64,000 bases of DNA from the human T2T-CHM13v2.0 reference genome, Homo sapiens: assembly GCF_009914755.1 (NCBI RefSeq), contig NC_060934.1; one strand, written 5' to 3'. Position numbers and translations under genes: made by a program. Below, piece by piece: positions 15,331-27,117 of the stretch. Position 1 is the stretch's first letter; each line of letters begins with the position of its first letter. The notes under the pieces were generated by a model. The model was not told where the DNA came from. It did not search any database and saw only the letters and a program-made list of their open reading frames with translations.

Positions 15331-15417
15331 CTCAAAGAAATATAAAGAAGGTAGCCATCATTCTACGAATTTACAAAACTTGTAATCTGTAACGACAACT
15401 GGCATGCATCATAATAA

Positions 15418-15839
15418 TGCTGGACAGGTGAGCTCCAAAACTAGGGCTTAGCCTGGGAGGGTTCTTAGCTTTGCCCAGGAAAGAATTCAAAGGCAAGCTG
15501 GTGGCGTTAGACAGCACTTTTATTGAAGCAGCAGTGTTATAGCAACAGAGGTATTGCTTCTTGTGGAGCAGGGCTGCCCCATAGACAGCGTGCCCAGAGT
15601 AGCAGCTCAGGAGCAGTTCTGCAGTCATACTTATATCCATTTTTAATTACATGTAAATTAAGAGACAGAGCACGTAGAAATCTTTAGAAAAAGGACAGTA
15701 ACTTCCAGGTCATCAGGTTATTGTCTTGGAAAAGGAAGTGATTTCCAAGTGTTGCCATGGCAATGATAAAATGACACGGCACAATAGTAGGCGTGTCTTA
15801 TGGAAAGGTGCTTTCACCTCTTCCCTGCCTTCTACCTCA
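15418..15839 (-). mobile_element. ERV1-class solo LTR (MER66-like)
   Basis: TG...CA termini; 4-bp TSD ATAA (15414-15417 and 15840-15843); TTTATT poly-A signal on -; CCCAGGAAAGAATTCAA and GTTGCCATGGCAAT motifs. Confidence 0.8.
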
Positions 15840-16103
15840 ATAATTTCTCATACATTTGCAAACCAGCCTTTCCAAAATATTTAATAATTAATAGTGGATT
15901 TCCAGTCAGAAGATAAGAAATATAATCTCACCCATTTGAGAAGGTGAAAGTCTGGCCCATACAAACATATACACACATACATGTATACATCATGTAAAAA
16001 TAGACAACACACATCATTATCACATTTTGCTAACTCAAGTAATTTTTTATCCAATTCCCTTACATATATACCCACCACGAAAATGACCACCCAAACCAAA
16101 AGT

Positions 16104-16270
16104 CAGCATAGTGCAGTGGTTTAAAGATGGGAATTCTGGAGCCGGATTGCCCGGGTTCAAATCACAGCACTACCACTTAAAAAGATTGTCATTGCGCAAG
16201 TTACTTCTCCACTCTGGGTCTTGTTACTTCATGTGCGTATTGAGACTAATACTAGTTCTTACCTCACTGA
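16104..16270 (+). mobile_element. MIR
   Basis: GCATAGTGCAGTGGTT..TCTGGAGCCGGATTGCCCGGGTTCAAATC..GCAAGTTACTT core. Confidence 0.8.
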
Positions 16271-17283
16271 GCATTAACTATTCTATCACCGTTTACCCTA
16301 TATCCAATCTCAGCAACAATAGGTTTGTCCAATATATCAAGTCGAAATATCTACTAACCAGTTCCATATCAGAATGATTGCTTGTGCTCACAATGATGAA
16401 TGTAAAAAATTACAAGCACCTAAAACAATTCCCGATTTAAGAATGGAATTCTGTTCGGCAGAACATTAATGTTCCGTGAATTTTATTGAGTGCAGACCCT
16501 GCATATTCAGAATCTGTACAGGGCACATATGGAAACTTAATTAACTGAACTCTTTAATTCAGCAGAACACCAACTGCCAACCACATTGGCTACCTGAGGG
16601 TTAATGGCAGAGAGAGAAAGCTAGAGTCTCCATTATCTGATATTGTGTTGATATATGCATCATCTGAGTCACAACACAGATTACTTAAGATGTTTACATT
16701 AAGGAATAAAGGAAGTTCTAGATTGCTTGTGAAAGTATTAGAAATATGTCACGTCATTCCCATGACCACAGCCACCATATGATCACATGCTAACCACATC
16801 AATCCTCAGTTCTTAACTAAATGAACACTTTTCACCACAAGATTTGCCTTTCAAAACTATTCTACATATATACCTTCCCTTGTAAAACAATTACCTATTG
16901 CCTACAACTTTTTATACTTCTCTTGCAACACTCCCTAATTTTTTAAAATTACTGACTCCTGTTTTAAGCTACTCATCATACTACCCATTACAGTTTTTAA
17001 TAATGAGAGTAAGATATGGTTCATTAGTGTTGTTAACACCTGTTATGTTTTAGAAGTGTTAACTACCGTGTCTCTTCTAATTATCTTGAACTAGTAAATT
17101 ATTACATCCTAGAAAATGGCCGATTTTTTCCGGGATTAAGCTGAAACATTTGAATTCAGATGTTTTGTGCATCTGTACCCATGGGCCAAGCATAACCTCA
17201 GGCTGTGCTTAGTGAGCTTGGAAATTAACCATCTTTTCCCAATTCTTGGATTATTTTTATATATTTTACAGGCAAGCAAAATC

Positions 17284-17360
17284 TCAAGTGGAGCAATTTA
17301 CCACAATTTTATAGTGGCACAATTTACAACAATTTTGTAGTTGTAAATTGCTCCACTTGA
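17284..17360. repeat. Perfect 18-bp inverted repeat with internal tandem and inverted duplication
   Basis: TCAAGTGGAGCAATTTAC (17284-17301) and GTAAATTGCTCCACTTGA (17343-17360). Confidence 0.9.
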
Positions 17361-17519
17361 TAAAGATAGTTATTTTAATAATCATAGTTTAAGAATACAA
17401 GTTTTTGAGATTGTCTTGTGAGTTACTTTCTGTCTATTCATAGATAAATTAATGTTGTGGTAAGCAGATGATCTAGACTATAAGACAGAAACTAATGGAT
17501 TTAAGTGACATGAAAAGGA

Positions 17520-17668
17520 AACTATTGTTATCAATACTGTTTTACAAATGAGGAAATGAGGCACTGAGGTTCTTAATGACAGACACAGAGCCAGGGAATT
17601 GCAGTCAAGATTTGAGTCAAGGCAATCTGACCCCACAGTTCACACTCTAAGCCAATATGCTTTACTGG
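17520..17668 (-). mobile_element. MIR
   Basis: TTTTACAAATGAGGAAA..GAGGCAC..GATTTGAGTCAAGGCAATCTGAC. Confidence 0.75.
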
Positions 17669-17789
17669 GCAAAGAAACGTAAAAGAATTGCAAATTATCA
17701 TAAGGGATACAAAGGGAAAATAGGATAAGTAGGGTTAGGATGTAATAGTTACTATTACTATTGTTGTCTCTTGGACGCTTGGGTGGGGA

Positions 17790-18010
17790 ATCTACTCTAG
17801 AAGGGGTATTTCAGGGAAGGCACTTGTGTCCTGAAAGATGGGATGCATGCAGCTGTGGGAAGAGCAAGTGCATTCCAAGTAGAGAGGCAGTACATGCAAA
17901 GGCCCTGAGACCAGTGTGATCGCAGCACCAAAGGCATCAGGTGGCACAAGATGTGGCTGAAGAGCTAGGTCAAGGCCAGGTCATGTGTGTGGCCTTAAAG
18001 ATCTTGCTAT
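17790..18010 (-). mobile_element. L2 fragment
   Basis: CATTCCAAGTAGAGAGGCAGTACATGCAAAGGCCCTGAG, a typical antisense L2 segment. Confidence 0.65.
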
Positions 18011-18127
18011 GGAGAGCATCTCATGCATACCCCAAATGTCTCATGCGTGGTGCCTGACACATAGTAGGTGCTCAGTAAAAGATTAGTGAATCCTCAAGCT
18101 GAATTACAATTAAGCTTGTTTAAAGGC

Positions 18128-18215
18128 TGAGTCATTATTGGTAAGGGGCGGCGATTAGACAAGAGGACCAGGTCTATATAAAACCAGACAGCCAGTTGGC
18201 TTTGATTAGCCCATG
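18128..18215 (+). promoter_or_regulatory. Candidate TATA-type Pol II promoter
   Basis: TGAGTCA 18128, ATTGG 18137, GGGGCGGC 18145, TATATAAAA 18175-18183, in canonical order and spacing. Confidence 0.5.
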
Positions 18216-20696
18216 CATCTGCAAGGAGCCATCTCATGTGAACCAGGATCAACACTGACAGCCAGTCGCATTCTCAACATCTGGTTTACTTCCAGCTCAA
18301 AATGGGAACTTTCCATTGCCTCTGGTCACTTGAATCCTCTAGTCCCCAAAGGAACTCAACTAACCAGGCATGCTAATTGGATCGAGTCAGGAACCAAGGT
18401 TTCAATTAGATCAGGGCGCTCCTCTTCATGACAGCCCGAAACAGGCATTCCCATGGGGTGAATTTAGTCTTAGGCCAGGCATCCAGGGGAAAACAAGTCC
18501 TTAATTTGCCAAAGCCAGTCCAGGATCCAGTTGGATTTTCACTCAGACACATGCCTGGATTGCCATACTGAACACTCCCTGGCCTAATGGACATAATTCA
18601 TGGTCTGCACCCCTCCCAGGCAGTGCAGAAACAAAACAACGTTGTCCTCACCTGGCTGTCTGGGCCCTTCAAATATTTCTCTGCTGACAATAATCACAAG
18701 TCAGCCTTTGACCAGGCCACACTTCACATCCTTGACCTAGAACTTGCACACTACTCTTGCTCCTGAAACCTTCAATCATAGTTTTGTGACTCTCTTTTGG
18801 GTCCTTTTCACCCCCTGGGCTACCTCAAAATGCCTGAAACATTCCAGATCTGGGCAAACAGCGGTTTAGGTCTCCCGAGGTGGGCATCATGTGACCACAA
18901 CACAGAAGGCTCCTGATTCTTTCTGACCACACACCCCCCATCACCTCCTGTGAACATTTCACTGTAACATGTCGATGGCAACTTTGGGGTTCCCCACACA
19001 GCTCCATGAGAGGCACTCGACCCATTCTTATGGTATGCTATTCCCTCCTGGTTACCGGAACAGAAGGAGTGGGGAGTTTAAAGGCCACTGTCTTGATTTA
19101 TGAGACTTGTCTCTGAGTCTGATCGTTAACTGCTGTAGTACTTAGATAGTAAAACCAAGCTTAAATAAACGATCACAGAGCATGTGGAAGGTCTTCACAC
19201 ACACCCTCCCCTGGTGCTCCCAGAGGGGTTGTTGAAAGCTTAAAGAGAGCCCAGGCCCACTCAAGGTGCTGGGTGGGAAGGTCTGCAGGATGACAGCAGG
19301 CCAGCTCCCTAGGGTAGAACACATCCTTGACACGGGTTTGTTTTGAACACGGACCTTGAACATGGCCTAGCCTCAGGAAAGTAGCTTCAGAACGTCTTCT
19401 GAGCCATTCAATCTATTTAAATGCCTTCTGGTGCCGCTATACTGTTCTTCATTTTTGTCTCAGCAACTCGGTTGCTCCTAGATTCTCTTTCAGCCCCAGC
19501 CTTCCTCCATTGCCTCATATTTTACTCACAGGACTGAGCTGTTGAAAGATTTGTGGAGCAATATCTATATGTTATTTTAAAAGCAGTTTAGGTGGAACAA
19601 AAATCCTCGTTTGAGCCTTTGTTGTTCTCAGGAATTAGGTAAATTGAGCTCAGAAACAGATTTCAGCACCAAAAAAGATTGTTTAGAACATCTTTTAAAA
19701 TCCAATTCTGACAGAGACAATTTATTGCTTTGGTTAAGCAAGCACAGTCTTGTTGACCCTGCTGCAGTCTTACCTTCTATCAAGAAAGGGCAAAGAAAGC
19801 TCCGTGGACCTGGCAGTCTTTTTTATTGATTCCATAATTGATGTCAGAATTGCATTCGTCACCGAGTACATTAACTCTTTTTAAAAAGCAGCTCCTTGGT
19901 TTCTTCGTGTTATGAGAATGTTGCCCTCTTTACTGCGATGAAGGAACATTCCTGGTTCCTGAAAAGTCCTTCATGACTTAATAGTGTTAAAAACACACCC
20001 TACTGAGTCTTTAATTATATCAAGCTACTGTAGTGTTGAAATTAGCTAAATTGCAACTCTTGCAGGAGTGACCCAGGCGACAAGAGGGGTGAGCTGCAAA
20101 CATCTGGAGAGCTTTCCCAGCAACTTATGATGGTTAGAGGTTTATTAATAAAACACAGCTGAATGGAAAGGGGGTCCTGCCTTTTGTATTTATTTTGTGT
20201 CCTACATGTACACCACCACCTGATCTCTTCTCAGCATGATTACAGAAGGGTTTATTTTTTTCTTGGTAAACCTTAAATTTGCACAAGAAATTCATTTGGC
20301 CTTCTTTAAAGATTCACCTACACAGGGCTTTAACCTGCTAATAAGCCCCATGCTGGTACAATTAGTCACCAATTCTAAGACTCTTTTCTAAAATAAATGT
20401 GAGAAGACAATTTCTAATTCAGGTTTCCCTCCTTGGTGTGTTTTGATAATTGACAGCAGTACAAAAATAGAAACATGAACTCATTACAAATATATTTAAA
20501 AGAAAAAATTATGTTGAGCTCATGAATATGAAAATACAATAAGTAGGCAGAGGAGAGTTTTCACATGAAATAAGATCAAGCATGGGAAGGTGCAGTATAT
20601 ACTGCTTGGAATATAATACATCCAACAAACACGGAATATATGAATCAAAGAAGTTATAAAGCACAGGCTTTTGGGATTTAAAAGAAAATCAAAGAC

Positions 20697-21111
<415 letters not shown>

Positions 21112-22309
21112 TTACTTAAATACACTTCAAGCTGAATCACTCATGAAATGTCATTTTATTTAAAATATGTCAACGATACTTGAATAAACACATCCACAAC
21201 CACTAAATTCATCAAATGAAAACAATGGACTGGGAAAGTTCATTTCTATCACAGGAAAATTTCAAGCAGTTATGAAGCCCAGATATTTCAATGATCTTGG
21301 GATGATTGTAGTTAAATTTCTTTGTGTGGCTGCGCCTAAACCCAGACGGGAGAAACAAGTGCAAACTGGCTGAGTTCATTGCTGTCCATATAAGGTGTAT
21401 TCCAAACACGTCTTTCTATGCCAGCACATTGGCAGAACATTAAATCTTTGTATGCAAAACAAAGAAGGCCATTAAAGTAATTAATTATATATAGATTATG
21501 TAATTTTTTAAAATCCCATTTGCCCCAATTATTGGCTCAATTGAGAAAATTTAGGTGGGATTGTTGGGAAAATTATTTCTATATTTTATCCCCTTTGTAC
21601 CCTGAAGACTGTTTGCAAGGACTTGAAGAGCTGAGAACACACAGGCCCCAGGAATGCCCATGCCTCTCTTATCTTGAATTTATTTTCTTAAGTGCTCTAA
21701 CAAGAGTAGCAAGTGTGAACATCTGTCTCAACATGTAGTCGCAGACTTTATTTTCACTAGGAAATGTTTGCCTTCCAAATACTAATGGGTTGAATACGTT
21801 TTTATTTATTTTCTGTCGGCCCATCACATTGCACCACAAGGAGACAGAACATTTTCTGAGCTTGGGGACATGAAGGAGCCAGTTCGCTTATTTTGATTAT
21901 GTGACTGTGAGTGATGCAGTGCAGGACAGCTCTGGGAAATGGACCCAGAGGTAGGAGCTGGATGTCCATACTAAAGGATGGCTCTACTCAGCCACTCAAG
22001 AATCCGAGGCAGCCACTCACCTGCTCCGTCAGGATGATGATATTGCACAGGACAACTGGGGAGAATGGCCTTGTGTGCATTTTCTCCGCAGGAGGCTCAG
22101 CAGCATCATGCCTGGATTGGTGGTAAATTTTGCTAAGTCCACTTACAACATTACAGGCTGAAATCCTAACTTTATGGAACAATGCCAGTGGTTCTGTTGT
22201 TTCTATACAGAATTGAAATACTATCAATTAATAGACACTTTCTGCCCATTCATTCATTCAAACATTTATCAGGGCTGACCACACACCAGACAACGTGGTA
22301 GGCACTGAA

Positions 22310-22450
22310 GTCAGCAAAGCTCAGACTTTAGCATGAAGAATCACCTGTAAGATTTGTTAAAAGGGCAGATTCTCCAGGCTCAGAAATCAGAGTTGGCTGG
22401 GTGAGGCTCCAGGTGGTTCTCATATAGGTGGTCGCTAGACGACACGTTGA
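22310..22450. mobile_element. MER5-type hAT fossil
   Basis: GCAT..AGAATCACCTG...TTGTTAAAA..GCAGATTC..CAGGTGGTTCT. Confidence 0.6.
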
Positions 22451-22489
22451 TATATGTGAGGCTTCGGAGATGAAAGATGAATTTAGTTT

Positions 22490-22840
22490 TATTTGTTTAT
22501 GTCTGCCTTCCTTCACTAGACTGTAAGATTCTCTAGACCAGGAGTTGGCAAATATTTTCTATAAAGAGCCAGATAGTAAACATATTAGGCTTTGTGGGCC
22601 AAGAGACCACATACTCTGCTACCGTAGCATGGAAGCAAGCACACACAGTATGCAAAGCAATGAACGTGGCAGTGTCCCCGGCCAGCACAAACCATGCAGT
22701 GGACTGGATCTGGGCAAGGGTCATAAGTTGCCAACCCCTGCTATAGATCAGGGACCTGATCGTATTTGTCTTGGTACCTCACACCTAGCACAGCACTTGG
22801 CAGATAGCACCTGATTGAGAAATGTTGAGTGGGTGAGTGA
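22490..22840 (+). mobile_element. L2 3' end, split by MER58A
   Basis: CACTAGACTGTAAG...[MER58]...CACCTAGCACAG..GGCAGATAG..AAATGTTGAGTGGGTGA. Confidence 0.6.
22539..22740 (+). mobile_element. MER58A-type hAT fossil
   Basis: CAGGAGTTGGCAAATATTTTCT...GCCAGATAGTAAACATATTAGGCTTTGTGGGCCA...TTGCCAACCCCTG; TSD ctctagac/ctatagat. Confidence 0.85.
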
Positions 22841-22987
22841 CTGGGCAGCATTCTTGCCTCAGGAATATGAATTCTGGTAGGAAAGACAGTTGACAAAATA
22901 ATAAACCACCGCAATGGAAGAGGAGCTATGGGGAGTTTGTGCACCCTGTGTCCTAGGAACATTGAGGCAGAAGGAATGTCAGAAGTA

Positions 22988-23150
22988 AAGGTGTCAGAAA
23001 AAGCAAATAAAAACACAGGACACTCCCAGTTAATTCTGAATTTTGGATAAACAATGAATAACTTATTTGGGACATATACTAAATAAAGTATTTGTTGTTT
23101 ATCTGAAACTGGAATTTAACTGGACATCCTTACATATTCTGTCAAGTTCA
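22988..23150. mobile_element. MER53-like palindromic DNA transposon fossil
   Basis: GCAAATAAAAACACAGGACAC..CCAGTTAA..TGAATTT..GATAAACAA and its mirror TTGTTGTTTATCTGAAA..AATTTAACTGGACATCC. Confidence 0.7.
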
Positions 23151-23561
23151 CAGAGGACTGATATTTGAGTTCAACAAGAAGAGGGTGTGTACTTGGTGGA
23201 AAAGGAGGGCAAAGTGTTTAAAGGAAACCATGCGACGTGCCACAAAACAAAATCCAAAGAGCAGGTGTTGCTGCAGGGGGTGGAATAGATAGAGGTCAGG
23301 CTGGAGAAAGGGCCAAGGTCCAGTGTTAGAGGCGTTGACCCCAGGACAAAGGATCAGACTCAATCCTATAGACAACAAGGAGAGAACCAAGGTTTTTAAG
23401 TAGAGGAGTGACTCTTTCCAGTGGTTCCTATTTAGAAGCACTCTATTCTCTCTTAGGTTTTTCCCGTGGATTAAATCTTGGTCTCACTTTGACCTAGTCT
23501 ATTCTAGGCCACGGGGGTTGGGTTTTCCTCATTCTGAATTTGCTGATTAAAACACATGCTT

Positions 23562-23664
23562 TCACACTCACACACATGCACACTCTCACACACACACTCA
23601 CATGCACACACACATGCTCACATACACACACATTCACACACTAATTTATACACACATGCACACA
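23562..23664 (+). repeat. Degenerate (CA)n tract
   Basis: About 100 bp of cacactcacacacatgcacac... units. Confidence 0.85.
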
Positions 23665-24785
23665 GCGGCAATATAGTTCCTTTAACCAAGAAAAACAAAT
23701 GTTCCATCTGGAAGACCATTTGCACCAGTCAGTAAGGAGTCGGGTCGAGGAAGCAGGTTGCAAGCCCCCCTGAGCATCCTGCTCTGTCTTCACGGCTTGT
23801 CGGATGCTGACCTGAGGACCACACCATGGAAGGCAGGTGAGAGATCAGCCCAGGGATGCAAACCTGTTTCTGTGTCTTCCTTTTATGGTGTCTGCCATAC
23901 CGGAAGCCTGTCCCAGGTCACTTCCTCATTGGTCACTAACAAGTCTAGAGGAGATACAAAGTCAACCATTGGCTGCCTTCAGTCGGGAGGAGTCTGAGAC
24001 TGGCAACTGCTATTGGCCCATGCACTGTCACATGATCCTCTTTTCTGGCAGCCAGTGGGGGATGAACTTGATGGAAAAGAGAATTGAGACAGACGGACCG
24101 CTTTGAGCAGCCACTGCTAGAAGCAGGATGATGAAGGGCTGGCTTTGTGGGACATTTCTGGAAAAAATCAATAAGAGTTCGTGACTAACTAGATGGTAAC
24201 CAGAGAGCAGAGAAGGAAAGAAAGGCATTCTACCCAATTATGTTTTTAGATTAGGAGATTTACTGATGCCACTGGCCAAGCTAGAAAATACAAAAGGCAG
24301 CTCCAGTTTGTGACGAGACAGAAATGGCAAGTTGGTTTGGGAAACTGTTTTTTTTTTTTTTTCCAGGGCTTTGCAATTAGAAGATAGTAAGTAGCTGAAA
24401 ATGTTTTTCTGAAACTTGCAAGAGAGATAGAGGGGAACCATCACCCTAGGTGCGGTCCCAAAACTCATGTAAGTGGACGAGACCCCATCCCGGGGACAGA
24501 ACATACAAGATAAAGGGGCCAGGAGAAGAGCTAGTAAGAACCCCAGTATTTATGGATTAATCAGAGGAGAAGGAGAGCAAAAAAGATTGCGAGAGGAGAA
24601 AGGGTGGTTTAAAAAAAATAAAAGGTGACAATGTTGTCCTGGAACTTAACCAAGGAAGAAGTGTGGAGGTAAAGAGAAAGAGAAACAAGAAAATTGAACA
24701 AGGACATTGGCTTGGGTCCAGCAGTCACGAGTGACTGTCTTAGGCTAGTGTCCGGGCGGTGGTAGAGACCAAAGAGGTTGAGCTG

Positions 24786-25010
24786 CGCATTCTCAGCCCT
24801 ATCCTGTTCAACATTTTGATTAGTGTTACAGATGAAGACATTGCTTCATTTACTCAACAAATGTTCATTGAGCACATATTCTGTGCCAGACACAACCTGG
24901 AAGAAAAGCTTAGCAAACCAATGGATGAGATAAAGCTGGAAGGGGTCGAGATTAATCCTCAGGCAGGGGAGCTAAACCCATCAGAATTTTTTATAAACAG
25001 AGCTAGGGCC
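24786..25010 (+). mobile_element. L3/CR1 LINE reverse-transcriptase fossil, with an antisense L2 tail at 24843-24899
   Basis: Translates ILSPILFNILISVTDEDI...EEKLSKPMDEIKLEG, matching CR1 RT (VLGPVLFNIFINDLDE..KFADDTKLGG); insert TTCATTTACTCAACAAATGTTCATTGAGCAC..TGTGCCAGACAC is an antisense L2 3' end. Confidence 0.7.
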
Positions 25011-25399
25011 AACTTAGCATATTGTCAAGCCAAAGTGATTGTTTTGTGGCCCAATGAATTAGCAAATGATAGTAAGTGTTAACTCCAAGTACTTCCAGGA
25101 AAGTGCCAGTCTGAATGAGAAGAAAGTCTGAATAAGTAATTATTTTTAACGACAAGTAGTTTAATAACTCTCAAGTAGTAAAATAATTCATACTTTGCTA
25201 ACATCACTGCCACATAGAGCTCCTTTAGTAAATGCTTTATGGAAAAATGTAATCTGATTTGTGACTAATATATCAATTGGCTAGCAATAAATTTTGTTTC
25301 TATGCTGTGGAAGCATTTGCTTTCTTTAGTAGATGAAGCAATCTCCTTGCAATATTATTTACGGTATTAATTTGCTTTTTAGTCAAGTATCCAGAAAAA

Positions 25400-25632
25400 A
25401 GCAAGAGCTGTAGAGTCAGACTGACATAGGTTCAAATCCTAGCCTAGCTGCTCACCAGCGATGTGACTCAGGGAGGATGGCTCAATTTTTGAGTCATCAG
25501 AAATATCTTACGTGATAAAATGGGTATAATCCTATCTGTCCCAAAAGATTATTGAAAATAAATTAAATAATATAGCAATGGGTGCCTAGCCCAGGCTGAA
25601 TGTTTTCCTTACGATGAATGTGAGCTATTATT
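25400..25632 (+). mobile_element. MIR
   Basis: GAGTCAGACTGACATAGGTTCAAATCCTAGC...TAAAATGGGTATAAT...AAATTAAATAA. Confidence 0.75.
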
Positions 25633-27076
25633 AGTCTCAGATGCTAAGATAAGTATCCTCAGTCTAGTTCCTGGGTGCTGGTGAGGTTTTCCTGAAGTTC
25701 CAAAGACAGTATTCAGTATAGGGCTCTGAGACAATAAAAGAAAAATGAGATGGACCAGGAGGGACATTCTATTGCCATAAAACCTGACAGGGGATAGCAG
25801 CTAAGGAAAACCTGTATGAGTTACCAGAGCCCTGGCTGGATCCCCCTGTCTCCCTCTCTCACACCTGGGAAGCCACCTGGAGCATGGATGGGTCATGAAA
25901 AGCACAGGATAGGATGTCTTGCCAGGTGTCACGGTCAAGGTCACAGGCTGGCCTCTCCACAGGGATGTGCTGAGTGCTGCCGGAGGAGATGAGGTCAACC
26001 CTGCTTCCTTCTGCAGCCAAAGCTCTTCTCCCAGATGGACCTGAGGAAGCCTACTGTCCACATCCCAGGGAGTATGCTGCTCCCTTTGAAGGAGCTGGGG
26101 AGGCTTCCAGCAGCCAAGCCCCCCAAGACCAATGAAATAGCCTTGGCTCCAGTTTCAAAATCACAGCAGCAAGAGAGCAGACATCCACGGGCATCACAGG
26201 GCCAAACCTGTCTCATCAAAGACATTGTGCACCCTTTCCTAGTTAAGAAAATAGGAATATCAGGGGGAAAAATAAATAGTATGCTTTCTGTTGTTGTTTC
26301 AAAGGGAGGATCTTTGAGGCATTTTAACATCAATTTTTTGGGTGTTTATTTTCCTAATCATCATGGCATATGGATTGGGCATCTAGTAAGTGCAAGGTAT
26401 GGTGCTAGGCTCCATGGAAAAGACAGAGAGAAAAAAAAGGGCATGCCCTGTACTCAAGAGACTTCTCATCTAGTTAGGAGATGGAAGAAACACACAAAAA
26501 GAGTTTAACAAAGACCCAAAAATACTGAGGGGATAGACATGGCGTAGGCATTCCAAGTACTTGTTATCAATCCAGTATCTATCTGGGTAGAAAAAGAAAA
26601 TGAACTGGGCTTCATTTTCTCAGGTAGGCTAGAAAATGAAGTGGTCCTTACTCAGCCACTAACCAGTGCCTGCCATGTGCTGGGTCACCTTGGCCCTGAC
26701 ATTTCCTAGTTAGTTCTAGATGTTTTGGAGAAGAGGAAACAAATCCAGGTTGTCATACTCTGAAGGCTCTTGAATTTGGAAGAGTCTGTGGAGGAGGTCA
26801 GAGGGGGAACAGAGAGCAACTCATAAGCTGGAAACACAGCCTAAAATTATCATTGCTTTGCTTTTAGTCACAATAGTTTTTTGCTGGTTTTTTTTTGTTT
26901 TTTTGTTTTGTTTTGTTTTTTTGTTTTGACCAATGATAAAAGAGGACATGCGTTTCTACTGCATGAAGTAGGCATGGATTTTAAAAGGCAGAGGAATTAT
27001 TGCACTCAGGAACTCTTTGAGGCAGAAAGAAAGTCATTACTGTGCCTGCAGGAAGAGCTGGGCATTCAGTACACAA

Positions 27077-27117
27077 TGAGTGAATGAATGAGTGAATGAA
27101 TGAATGAATGAATGAAC
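27077..27117 (+). repeat. (TGAA)n repeat, L2 3' tail
   Basis: tgagtgaatgaatgagtgaatgaatgaatgaatgaatgaa. Confidence 0.8.

Noticed and set aside
26035-26508. 157-aa + strand ORF
   Set aside because: No recognisable domain; its 3' part runs into an L2-like remnant; consistent with chance.
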